DNA of 64,000 nucleotides from positions 32,130 through 96,129 of IMG/VR virus record IMGVR_UViG_3300030012_001572. One strand, written 5' to 3'. This DNA is from a virus. The position numbers and the translations under genes are program-made. The notes under the pieces are model-generated. The model made no database searches and was not told where the DNA came from. It saw only the letters and a list, made by a program, of their open reading frames with translations. This document shows, piece after piece, positions 18,974 through 29,700 of the stretch. The first letter of the stretch is position 1. Each line of letters starts with the position of its first letter.

Positions 18974-19173
18974 AGCGTGTATTGAGGGGAGGTAAAGCCG
19001 AACCCAAAGACGCTTCATTAATCGTGGTATATACCTTAGCGAAAGCATTATCAATAAGCCCCCTTGAAATATATAAAATGCCAGCCGAATTAGTTATGGA
19101 TTTATTAGCCATTCATGGAGCAGTAAAAGAATTAGAATCAGAAGAAATAGATAAACAAATGAAAAAAAGGTGA
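18970..19173 (+). CDS. Tail assembly chaperone gpT-like extension
   Basis: -1 frame relative to gpG; LAKALSISPLEIYKMP resembles gpT; no clear RBS of its own. Confidence 0.7.
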   Translation: MKRVLRGGKAEPKDASLIVVYTLAKALSISPLEIYKMPAELVMDLLAIHGAVKELESEEIDKQMKKR

Positions 19174-19177
19174 TTAA

Positions 19178-22000
19178 ATGTCCGAAATAGCCACTCTAAA
19201 TACCTCTATACTTGGTTTAAGTGGAACTATGGAAAATTTCATCAAATCATTAGGTAAATTTGAAAAATTTGCTGATTCAACTAAAGGAAAAGTAAAAGAA
19301 TTAACTAAAGTTCATGATGCTTTAGGTTTAAAACTTGAAAATAACGAACTTGTTAGTAAAAGAACTGGGAATAGAGTAAACGAATTTGGTCAAGAAGTTA
19401 CTAAAGTCGGAGACAAAATGCTCGCTTTTAATAAAAGAAGTTCTATTCTCAATGAAACTATTAAATCACTAAATAAAAGTAATGAAAGATTTAATTTAGG
19501 AATGAAATCTTTCAAAGAGTATCAAAAAAGAGGCGGAAACTTAGCGGAATATTTAGCGGAATTTATTTCTAGTTCAAGAGAAGAAATCACTATTTTTGGT
19601 GTTGAAGCGGCTAAAGCCCGTAAAGTCATGTATGGGTTTTTACCGCCTGGAATGTTTAGAATGCTGAATAAAGTTTCTTCAACCCTTCAATTATTTGGTG
19701 GTCAATATAGAAAATTAGTAACTGATTCAAGTGCTGCTAAGGAAGAAATAGAACTTTTAACTGAGGCATTAAAGGTTGCTACTGACGAAACAGAAATTAA
19801 AGGATTACAAGAAAGATTGGCCGATTTAGAAACACCTGATAATTTATTTACTAATCTCTTTAAGGGATTTAAAAAAGTAAAGGGTCTTTTAGATAAACCA
19901 TTACCTCTTAATTTTGACCAAGATGGAATCAATGAAATGGACACATATGCTCAAAAAGCCAAAGCATTGTTCATGAAAAATTTTACTCTTACATTAACTC
20001 CTGATAAAAAATTAGAACTAGAAAGAACCAAAGACTTAATTAAAAGTTTAAAGAAACCAATACAGGTATCAATGGACGATTTGAACAAAGCAAGAGAGCA
20101 AAAGGGAAGTCTTTTGGGTATTGATAGAAGTGAAGTAAAAAAGGCTGAAAAGGAATTGATGGAAACTAATAAAAAATTAGCCGAAGTAGAAGCATTAAAA
20201 CAAAATGTTGCTATTTCAAGCCCTACTATTGCTATGAAATTTAATAAAGAAATAAATGAATTAAAACAGAAATCTATTGACTTAACTTCTAAAATGCTTG
20301 ATGAAGAATCAAAATATGAAATTGCTCTTCAAAAAGCAGTAGGTGATGCTAGTGATTTTGACCCTAATATTAAAAGAATAAAAGATTTAGAAAAAGCACT
20401 TGCTACTGAAAAAGAATTAGAAGATGAAGGCAGAAATGGAATAAGAAAAACTTATACAGATTTATACAGAAATTTAGGTGAAATGCAAGAGGCATTCAAA
20501 AAAGGAGTGGACAATTCTGAAGCAATTTTACAAATAGAAACTTCTATTGGTAAAACAGGTTCTTTAATTTCTGATGCAGAAAAAACTATGGAGGCTTTAG
20601 TATCAAGAGCAGAAATGTTCCCCGATAATCCTGAATACTTTGATAGTGTAGTTAAACAACAAGAAGTCATAAATGAATTAATGGAAAGACAGGAAAATTT
20701 ACAAGGGGCTTTAATTTCAAAGCAAGCCGAAGGAAAGGGATTAGATAAACTAAAAAAAGAAATAGTAGAAAATGATTTACTAATTGCCCAAAAAGAAGAG
20801 TTTATTATGTTAATGGAAGAAGAAGTAAGATATAATAAACAAAAAATAAGTGATGCAAAAGAACTCCTTGCGGCTGGAAATTTAAATAAAAAAGCAACAG
20901 AAGCAGCATTCAAAGAAATAGAAGAAAGAGAATTAAACATTTCAGGTGCATTCACTAATATACAAGATGCCGAAGAATCTATTGATACTGCAAAAGAAAA
21001 GAATGTTGAAGCAGAAGAACAAATTGAAATATTAAAAGATATGAGGGAAAACTCAATAGATAAACTATTAGAAAAACACCCATTCTTTAGCGGCATCAAT
21101 AAGTTAAGAAAAGGATTAAAAAAGGTATTACCCGCACTCGGACAAGCATTGAGAATGTTTATGATGGGCTTCTTATATGTAAGCATGGCAATATTGGCTG
21201 TATTAGCCCTTGTTAAATTATTTGGCCCAATCATAAAAGAAACCATAGCCAGTATAATAACTGTTATTTCTCCTATTATTGGATTTATTATCGGAGCAGC
21301 AAGTATGGTATTTGAAGGAATAAAAAGTATATTTAATGCATTCTTTGGTGATGGAACTTTTGAAGATGCTATTGACGGATTAATTAAAATTGGTTTGGGG
21401 CTTCTTGGAATGGCAATAGGATTAATAGGAGTTGTTTTAGGTGCTTTGGGAACTCTTATTCTTGCAGGAGTTGGAAGTTTATTTAAGAGAGCATTAGGTT
21501 TCCTCAAAGGAATGCTTAAAAATACCAAAGCATTCCTAAAAGGAATGGCTGTTATATTGGGTATAGCAGCAACAATTGTTGCTTTAATTATGGGTGCGCC
21601 AGTATTATTTGCATTAGCCATAGGTGTTGCAGTATTTAAAGGATTTAGTATTCTAATTAAACCTATTACTAAGGCTATTAAATATATTAAAAAGAAATTT
21701 AAAGATTTCTTAGACATTTTACCATTTGCCGAAGGAGGAACAGTCAGTAAAACTGGAATGCAATTAGTTGGAGAAAAAGGCCCAGAATTAGTTTCATTAC
21801 CGAAAGGCTCAAGAGTTCATACAAACAGTAGTTCAAGAAAAATGCTTGCAGGTGGCGGAACAAGCAATACTAATAATATAAATGTAACTATTAATGCTAA
21901 AGATACATCAAGAGCAGAAATGGATAGAATAGCAAAAGAAGTATCAAGAACAATTACAAATAGTATTCAACGACAGAATAATACTAGCAATTTGAGGTGA
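19178..22000 (+). CDS. Tape measure protein
   Basis: 940 aa; long coiled coil, hydrophobic helices, C-terminal FAEGG...LVGEKGPELV. Confidence 0.85.
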   Translation: MSEIATLNTSILGLSGTMENFIKSLGKFEKFADSTKGKVKELTKVHDALGLKLENNELVSKRTGNRVNEFGQEVTKVGDKMLAFNKRSSILNETIKSLNKSNERFNLGMKSFKEYQKRGGNLAEYLAEFISSSREEITIFGVEAAKARKVMYGFLPPGMFRMLNKVSSTLQLFGGQYRKLVTDSSAAKEEIELLTEALKVATDETEIKGLQERLADLETPDNLFTNLFKGFKKVKGLLDKPLPLNFDQDGINEMDTYAQKAKALFMKNFTLTLTPDKKLELERTKDLIKSLKKPIQVSMDDLNKAREQKGSLLGIDRSEVKKAEKELMETNKKLAEVEALKQNVAISSPTIAMKFNKEINELKQKSIDLTSKMLDEESKYEIALQKAVGDASDFDPNIKRIKDLEKALATEKELEDEGRNGIRKTYTDLYRNLGEMQEAFKKGVDNSEAILQIETSIGKTGSLISDAEKTMEALVSRAEMFPDNPEYFDSVVKQQEVINELMERQENLQGALISKQAEGKGLDKLKKEIVENDLLIAQKEEFIMLMEEEVRYNKQKISDAKELLAAGNLNKKATEAAFKEIEERELNISGAFTNIQDAEESIDTAKEKNVEAEEQIEILKDMRENSIDKLLEKHPFFSGINKLRKGLKKVLPALGQALRMFMMGFLYVSMAILAVLALVKLFGPIIKETIASIITVISPIIGFIIGAASMVFEGIKSIFNAFFGDGTFEDAIDGLIKIGLGLLGMAIGLIGVVLGALGTLILAGVGSLFKRALGFLKGMLKNTKAFLKGMAVILGIAATIVALIMGAPVLFALAIGVAVFKGFSILIKPITKAIKYIKKKFKDFLDILPFAEGGTVSKTGMQLVGEKGPELVSLPKGSRVHTNSSSRKMLAGGGTSNTNNINVTINAKDTSRAEMDRIAKEVSRTITNSIQRQNNTSNLR

Positions 22001-22623
22001 TAGAGGTGGACGCACAGGAACATAATGTATTTTTAAAATTACAGGCATTTGATGAATCAGATGGATTATATATTAATACCATTCCTCTTAAAGCGGAATC
22101 AGTTGATTTCTCAACAGATAAAACAATACCTGCGTTTCCTATTCCTTTATCGGGTGCGGTTACTGGTGAATCCACAACAATTGCTTTAGATTTAGGAATG
22201 TCTAATAAAAGTATTAATTTAAGAGGGGTTATTACTGACCAAACAATTACTAAAAAGCATGGAGATAATACAAAAGTATTAAATTTTACTGCCCATGAAA
22301 TAGCACAAATGATTGCATCAGGCGTTGATTCAACAGGTCTTGCAGAACACCAAGCATTTAATGAATTAGTTATATTAATGCCTTCAACGGTAGATAAAGA
22401 TTATAACCAAGTATCATTACGACAAATACCATTTACCTATAAAAGTAGAGGAAATGCTTTACTATTAGATAATGCAAGAGTTCCCTTGCCTTTGACATTT
22501 CCAGACTCTATTACAGACAATGGAGTAAAGGGATTTATTCGTTCTTTTGGTTTTACTTTTAGTGGTGAAACAAGGTTTATTGAATTTAATATGGATTTCC
22601 AAGTAGCAGTAATTCTTCCTTAA
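21997..22623 (+). CDS. Putative distal tail protein
   Basis: Follows TMP; KGFIRSFGFTFSG beta pattern. Confidence 0.55.
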   Translation: MIEVDAQEHNVFLKLQAFDESDGLYINTIPLKAESVDFSTDKTIPAFPIPLSGAVTGESTTIALDLGMSNKSINLRGVITDQTITKKHGDNTKVLNFTAHEIAQMIASGVDSTGLAEHQAFNELVILMPSTVDKDYNQVSLRQIPFTYKSRGNALLLDNARVPLPLTFPDSITDNGVKGFIRSFGFTFSGETRFIEFNMDFQVAVILP

Positions 22624-22632
22624 GGTGATATT

Positions 22633-23796
22633 ATGTATGATGTATTATTAGGAAAACAAAGAGGACTTGTTTTTCCTATAATGTGTAATGGCGGAGTAGT
22701 TATTGATTATCACGATAATGTTCCCTCTTTTAATAGTGCGGTTGATGATGTTAGCGAAAATATAACTGAAGCACATATTGGTTATGGTTTGTGGGCTAAT
22801 CAAGGGTCTTTTACTTTAGAAGCAATTATTACTCCATATGACATAAATGGATATGGAAAAATATCAAGTGCTACTCAGCCTACTATTGCTAACAGTAAAA
22901 AAATAATGCCTTCTAATGACCATCAATCAACAACTACTGATTATCAAAGTGAAAGATATTTACCAGTAGCAAATAGAAATGATTATGAAATGACTTTGTT
23001 TAGCAACTATGACTCAACTAATAATCCTACTTTTTGGTTTGGCTTAGTTAATACTACTTTACATAATGAAAATCAACCAGCAGAATATAAATTAAGAGCA
23101 GTAATGAAAATAAATAATGTAACTGAAACTTTTGATTCTCCTGTTTGCATTAGTCCTACATATTTAAGACGATTTAAATATAACAACGATAATTTACAAA
23201 CTTTTGATGAAGATGGAATGGGAGGGTATCGCTCTATTGGCTCTATTGCGAGCCATACGGCTACGGATTTTACGGCTGACGCTGATGGATTCACGACTAC
23301 AAATCTGTTCAATGGAGGCCGTTTAGAGGTCTTCTATCGTAGCGGATTTTCGTTTGAATCGCTCGGCTTTATCACGGCTAATTCATCAACCACCATCACC
23401 ATAAACGCCAGTTTTTCAGGAACTTTAGCAAGCGGAAGTGAGTTATTTATTCGCAGTTATGCAGAACCCGAATACATAAACGACCAATTTCATGTCGCTT
23501 GTGTATTTAATTCCACAACAAACTCAATTACTTTCTTTATTAACGGTAATCAAATTTTTACAAATAAACATACACAAACAACTGCTTTTTCTTTTTCTCC
23601 TAATGATTGCATGATAGGTCAAGCCTTATCCCATAAAGGATTTAATACTGCTGATATAAACAAACAATATATGGGAGAAATACATGAAATGAGTATGATG
23701 GATATTGCAAGAAAAAACTTTGTAGCAACATTTAATTTATTACCAAATTATGAAAATGTTTTGTTTTATTATAGATTTGAGGAGGTAGATTTATAA
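22633..23796 (+). CDS. LamG/concanavalin-like tail protein
   Basis: SFTLEAII, FHVACVFNS, FFING, YMGEIHE, YYRFEE. Confidence 0.7.
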   Translation: MYDVLLGKQRGLVFPIMCNGGVVIDYHDNVPSFNSAVDDVSENITEAHIGYGLWANQGSFTLEAIITPYDINGYGKISSATQPTIANSKKIMPSNDHQSTTTDYQSERYLPVANRNDYEMTLFSNYDSTNNPTFWFGLVNTTLHNENQPAEYKLRAVMKINNVTETFDSPVCISPTYLRRFKYNNDNLQTFDEDGMGGYRSIGSIASHTATDFTADADGFTTTNLFNGGRLEVFYRSGFSFESLGFITANSSTTITINASFSGTLASGSELFIRSYAEPEYINDQFHVACVFNSTTNSITFFINGNQIFTNKHTQTTAFSFSPNDCMIGQALSHKGFNTADINKQYMGEIHEMSMMDIARKNFVATFNLLPNYENVLFYYRFEEVDL

Positions 23797-26700
23797 TGGC
23801 AATAAGAGTTCTAAATAAAGGAGAACTAACTCCTTCTTCGGCATCTAATCAAAATACCTCAAATAATCCTATGGTTCATTGTGATAATTTAGTTTCTAGC
23901 ACAAACCCCTTAGCAGTTATTATTTATCCTGATGATACTACTTCCGAAACAATACAAAGAATTGTTTTAGCAGCAGATATGCTGACAGACTACTCTAATT
24001 TAGAAAAAACAGAAGGTAATACATTAAAGGTATATGATTCTTTTTCGCAAGAAGGAATTGATTTAAGTTCATTAACTGATATAACAACTCATCATTACTT
24101 TGTTATGGTTCATTCTGATAATCATTTATTGCATCATTTTGCTAAAATTACAGAAATACATACTACTGACGCTTTTGGTGATAGTATAAAATTTGAACCG
24201 AGTTTAGGTAATGAAATAAATCATGGAGTAAAATTCAAATTATTTAAAGGGCCAGCAGTTAGTAGTGATTTCATTTCAATCGGTTTAGGAATAAAGAAGG
24301 ATTTACAAAATTCACTACAAGTAGCCCGACCTTATTTTTGGTTTAATAGAGATGTGAATGAATTAGAAAGCAATACTAAACATTTTATTAGAGTTAGAGA
24401 AATAACAGTCGGGTCATCTTTGAATCTATCAACAAGCAGTTCTGATACAACATTCTTAGTTTCTCAAAACTATGCTAATGAAATCAAAGACTATGGTAAA
24501 TTTACTTTAAAAACAAAATTAGTAGATAATTTGAGAAATTTAGATATTGAAGGCTTTACTCCAATAACATTTACTGGAGATATGCATGCTGTAAATCATC
24601 CTGATGAAATAAGAAATATTACTGGCATTAGTTCTGGAACTATTAATGATTTATTATATAGAGGAATAGTCAGAAACAATGTTCCTGATGGAACTTATGT
24701 TACAGAAATTTTAAGTTCTAATTCAATTCGTATTTCTCAAAATGTTACTGCGGCAGTTTTAACAACCTCCTTTACTGTAAGTCATTCTAATGAAAGCCAT
24801 GCATTAGCATCAAATGATTTAACAGATTATGAAACTTCTTTCTTTAATGCAAGAAGAGACGCTGATGATTTAATTTTACCTTCTGCTTCTAATTATACAT
24901 CAAGAGGCCCGACAAGATATTTACACTATGATTTTTCAAAAGACAAAGCAAATTATAGTTATAATGTTATTGACTTAAAAATTAATGAATCTATTAAAGG
25001 GAAAACTTCTTTTTCTGAAACACAGATTGCAGACATGATGAAAATATATCCCAATAAACTAGAATTACACAGTCCTATGAGGGCAAGACAAAGATTAAGT
25101 AGAGATAAGTTGAATAAATTTGTTGATACTGGTTTAAGTGTAGGAGCAAACGGAATGCTTACAGGTAATGATGGTTTGGGCAATCAAATAGTTTCTGTTC
25201 ATATTGTAAATGTTAATAGTTATTTTACAGCAGGAGAAGAAATAAAAATAGAAGATAGATTATATATAATTTTATCTATAAATTCAGGAACAAATACTAT
25301 TACCCTATTACAAGCAGATACTACTATTGATGGTTCACCTAACACTTATTCTCGACTTGAAACAGAATCATCTTATACAGATATTGGAACACCTACAATT
25401 AATGTGGGAGATTCTGTTTTTAGAAGAGCATATAGTCCTTTTAATAAAACTCTTATTAATAGTTTTGATTTAATTAGCAATAGGCATGAAGACTTATATT
25501 TAATTACTACTTCCCAAAATGCTACATATAATTATTTTAAATGTAGTGCGATAGATGCAAGTAATAATCTACTTACATTTACTGTTAATTTAGATAAATA
25601 TTTAGAAGAAGGATTACATTTAAATAATGACTACTATTTATATTATGAAAAATTAAATGGAACAATAGAAGTATTAGACTATTATAGAACAGATGGACAA
25701 AGCATAATGAGAGTAGAGGGTAGAGACATTATGAGTAAAATATTGTCTCCTGTTGTAAATAATGATACTTTATTTAGTGAAGACATAATTTATTCTTCTT
25801 TTGGAACAATTAATCACTTAGAACAAATAGGGTTTGTTGAAGCAAGTTTCAATAGTCAAGTTATTAATATAAAAGATACTTCAAATGTTTCTGCTTCAAT
25901 CACCTTAATTGCAGGAGATAAATTATATGTTCGTAGTAAATCAAACTTCTTTAAGCCATTAGGCACAGTTTTAACAGGCAATACAGGAAATCAATTCAAT
26001 TTAGAAAGAGAAAGTAATGTTGAATGTGGCGGAGACACCTTTACAAATGGCGGTGTATTTGAATTATATAAAGCAGTAAAAAATGGTAGTCAGCCCGTTA
26101 AGAATTATATATTTAATAAAGCATTATCAAGTAATATACTGGTTGATTCAGTTACCTCTTTATCGGGAAGTTCAAACAAAGGATTATATTTTACTTCAGG
26201 AGTTTCTTTAAATAATTTAGGTAATGATGATACTCCTTTAGTTAATACTTCTTCATCAACTGATTCAAGAGCAATAGGTTATCATATAAGTAAAGTTAGC
26301 GGTGATATTGACGGTGCAGACTATCAATGTGTTTTAGGAGATGGAGCATCAACTGAATCACACGAAAATATATTAACAATAAATACTTTGATGGATTTTT
26401 CTGTTATATCTGTAAAAGAAAACGATGGCGGAAAAATAATAGAAATTGCTCCTTATATTCCAGCAACTCTAGGAAGACTAGAATCTAACTTAGCAAACAA
26501 CTATGATGCTACAAAAACTTCAATTGGATTTACTTTAGGAGATGCTTTGATAACAGATTTACAAAATTTTATTAATGTTTCTAGTTCTGATAGTTCATAT
26601 GTTGCACTTTCAGAATTATTTATCAGAAGAAATGATTCTGTATTCATTAATGATAGATTTGTTGGTTTTGCCTTAGAACAGCATTTATCAGAAAATCATT

Positions 26701-29700
26701 GTTTTATTGTATTAGATAGACAGGTATTTTATGAAACAGGTCAAACTGTTACAATTATTCATAATAGATTTGGTCTTAGTAAAGGAACATTAGGTGATGG
26801 CCCAAGTTCTGATAATAAAAATACTCATGAATTAGAATTGATAAATGTAGGACACTTACACGGAGGTAAAATTATTTCTAATGTGTTTGATTATGAATCA
26901 GTTAATGGATTAAGAACCTTTGATTTTGGTTTAAAATATAATGATGGTAGCGAAATAACTTCTTTTGAAAAGTTTGGTAATCCCAGTTATGCGATATATA
27001 GTCTTGAAAAAGGAGATAATACTAATTATGCTGCCAGTTATAAAGTTAATTTTCATAGAGATACTTATGCTAAAGTTAAAAGTAGATTGGTAGATTCATC
27101 TAATATTTATAACCATTTACCAATTGAAGGCAGGGGATTTTACACCCCTACTTATTCTAATTTTGATGATAAACAAATAGGAGTATCAAGCACCCTTCAA
27201 ACATACGGTTATCCTTCTACTTTCCCATTTATTATTGCTAGTGGAAATGTCTTTTCAACAGCCGCAAACGCACAATTAGTCGCAGGTAAATTCAATACAA
27301 ATACTTCTCAAAATATACAGATTAGGAAAAAATCGGTTGATAGAATGTTTTTATTTGTTAATTCAGATGAGAACCCTTACCATGAAAATAGATTAGACAG
27401 TTTGTGTAATCCTTTAAGAACCAGAAATATTTCTGATTATGGAATAGTTGGTTTATTGCCTCTCAAGAATACAAATACTCAAGATGACAATAATCAAGAT
27501 ATAAACACCCAAAGACACACTAATGTAGATGAAGAATATTCTTTTTCTAATATTGTTTCTTCTGATAAAAGCATAAATTCTTTAATGAATGTAGGTATTA
27601 TGAGATTAACAGAAGTCGTAGTTGATTGGTCTTTTAATCAAATAGACCCCGAAGATATTCAAGATGAAATGATTACTGATGCGGCAGTAAAAGAAATTTT
27701 TACACCAACAACATTAGAAGAAGATGGTGTTGCTATTTATACTCAAGCAGGAAGTTATAATGTAGGTGGCGACCCAAACAGCATACAATTTTATAATGCT
27801 CCTACTGGCGGAAGTATTGTCAATTTCGCTTCAACCCTTGTAGAAGCGGGAGATGCTATAATTGCTGATGGAACAGGATTTTTGATTGGTTTTTGTTTAA
27901 ACAATAACCCCAATACATTAATGTCGGATGCTTTGTTTGCTAATTCAAATAAAAGTGCATATTACATAGGTGAAGTTAAAAAAATTAAAAAGGCTAATAT
28001 TGCAGGAAGCGATTTAAAAGGAAGACAAAAAGACACTTTTATGGGCTTTGATGATACATTAAGTATGTTAAGAACAGGATATTTCAATAGTCCTGCCCAT
28101 ACTTCTACACAAAAACAATTAGTTCTTGATAATCAAAATTCCCCCAATGAGATTCATGCTCATAGTTCAGGTAGCACACCTTCTGAATCATCAAGTTGGT
28201 TTGCTTTACAATTTAATGATAGTAGCGGAAATAAAGTCGGTTTCTTTTTCTGGTTTAATGTAGAAAATTCTGACGGTAATCAAATAGATACTATTCCAGC
28301 CGTCTATGCTAGTGATTATTCGCCTCATTCTGATGGGATAACATATACTTCTGTTGAAATACAATTAGCAAACGGATATAGTGATACTGATTTCCATGCG
28401 GCTTTAGCAACGGCTTTTGATTCTGTTAATTTAAGAACAAATCATGTTTTTGGTGGGAATGAAGCAAATGATTCTAATGCTGCTACTTATGGTGGAGCAA
28501 CAGTTACTCAATTAAGAACAAAAAGAGCCGCACCAAATAATTTTTATGAAACTACTGCCTTACTTAATCATCACCCCGTTTCTACTGTTACTACGGTAAA
28601 TGTAGATATTACCGCAGATGACACAGGATGGGGTGGTAATCCAAGTGCATATTACAATAAATGGAGTGAAATTCTAGGAGGGCAAATAAATAATTATGTT
28701 TCAATACCAAGAAAAGGAGGAACTTATTTGCCAGTTTCTATTGCAACCCAATATACTTCTACTCCTACATTTTATTCAGATATATTAACTAATATTGCAG
28801 GTTCTCCTTTATCTACTTCTTTTGCTGATATTTCTACAACAGATGCCAATGAGTTAAAATATACTGATTTTATACCAGTAGCACTAAGAGGATTTGTAAT
28901 AGAAGACTCAAAAGGTAAAAAGAAAATAAATGCTGGCGAATCATTCCCTAAAATTAAATCACTATTTAGAAAAAATATTAGCAGTTCTCATACTATATTT
29001 GGTTTAACTTCAGAATATTCTACTTGGTTTAATAAATATAAATACTATATGGATTTAGGGGCAACAAAAGAAGAAAATACAGATTTACCAAATGAAGGAA
29101 ATGGTTTAAAAATAGGATTTAAACCTAGATTAGATGCTTCTTTAGCGACTCTAATTTCAGGAACTCAAAGAAGTAATTCAGGAAATAGAATATATAATTA
29201 TTCTTTTAATACTAATAACACTAAATTATCTTGGTTAAGAGATTTAGACTTAACTGGTTGTTATTTAGTTAGAGTAAGCGGAACTAATATTGATAATAAC
29301 TATTTTGTAGAAGGCTTTGGTTTCGCTTATGTTATTTCACATGAAATAGACCCAAGCGATTCTAATAAAGTAATCTTAACTACTTCAACAAATTTAGGCC
29401 CGAATACATATAGAATATTACAACCTAATCATACTTGTTTTTATGACTTTACTCCGACTCAAATAAATATAGGCCAACTTTCAAGTTCCTATACAAAAAA
29501 GCCTAAAATAAATGAATGCTATGAGGATTCTTTGAAAAGCCATGCACTTGATGATGTAAGCATGGATAATGATAGTATTAACGACCAAGAAGCAATAGGC
29601 TCAATATATGTTTTAATTGACTTAACAGGTGATGTTTCGTCTGGTGATAAAATAATAAATACTAGCATGAGAAGAGAATTTTTCGATAATTTACCCACTA

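Noticed and set aside
20452-21717. 421-aa antisense ORF, and many smaller antisense ORFs in the track (e.g. 6591-7100, 6691-7242, 46831-47211)
   Set aside because: They are shadows of strongly biased sense genes, oppose the arm polarity and show no RBS or motifs
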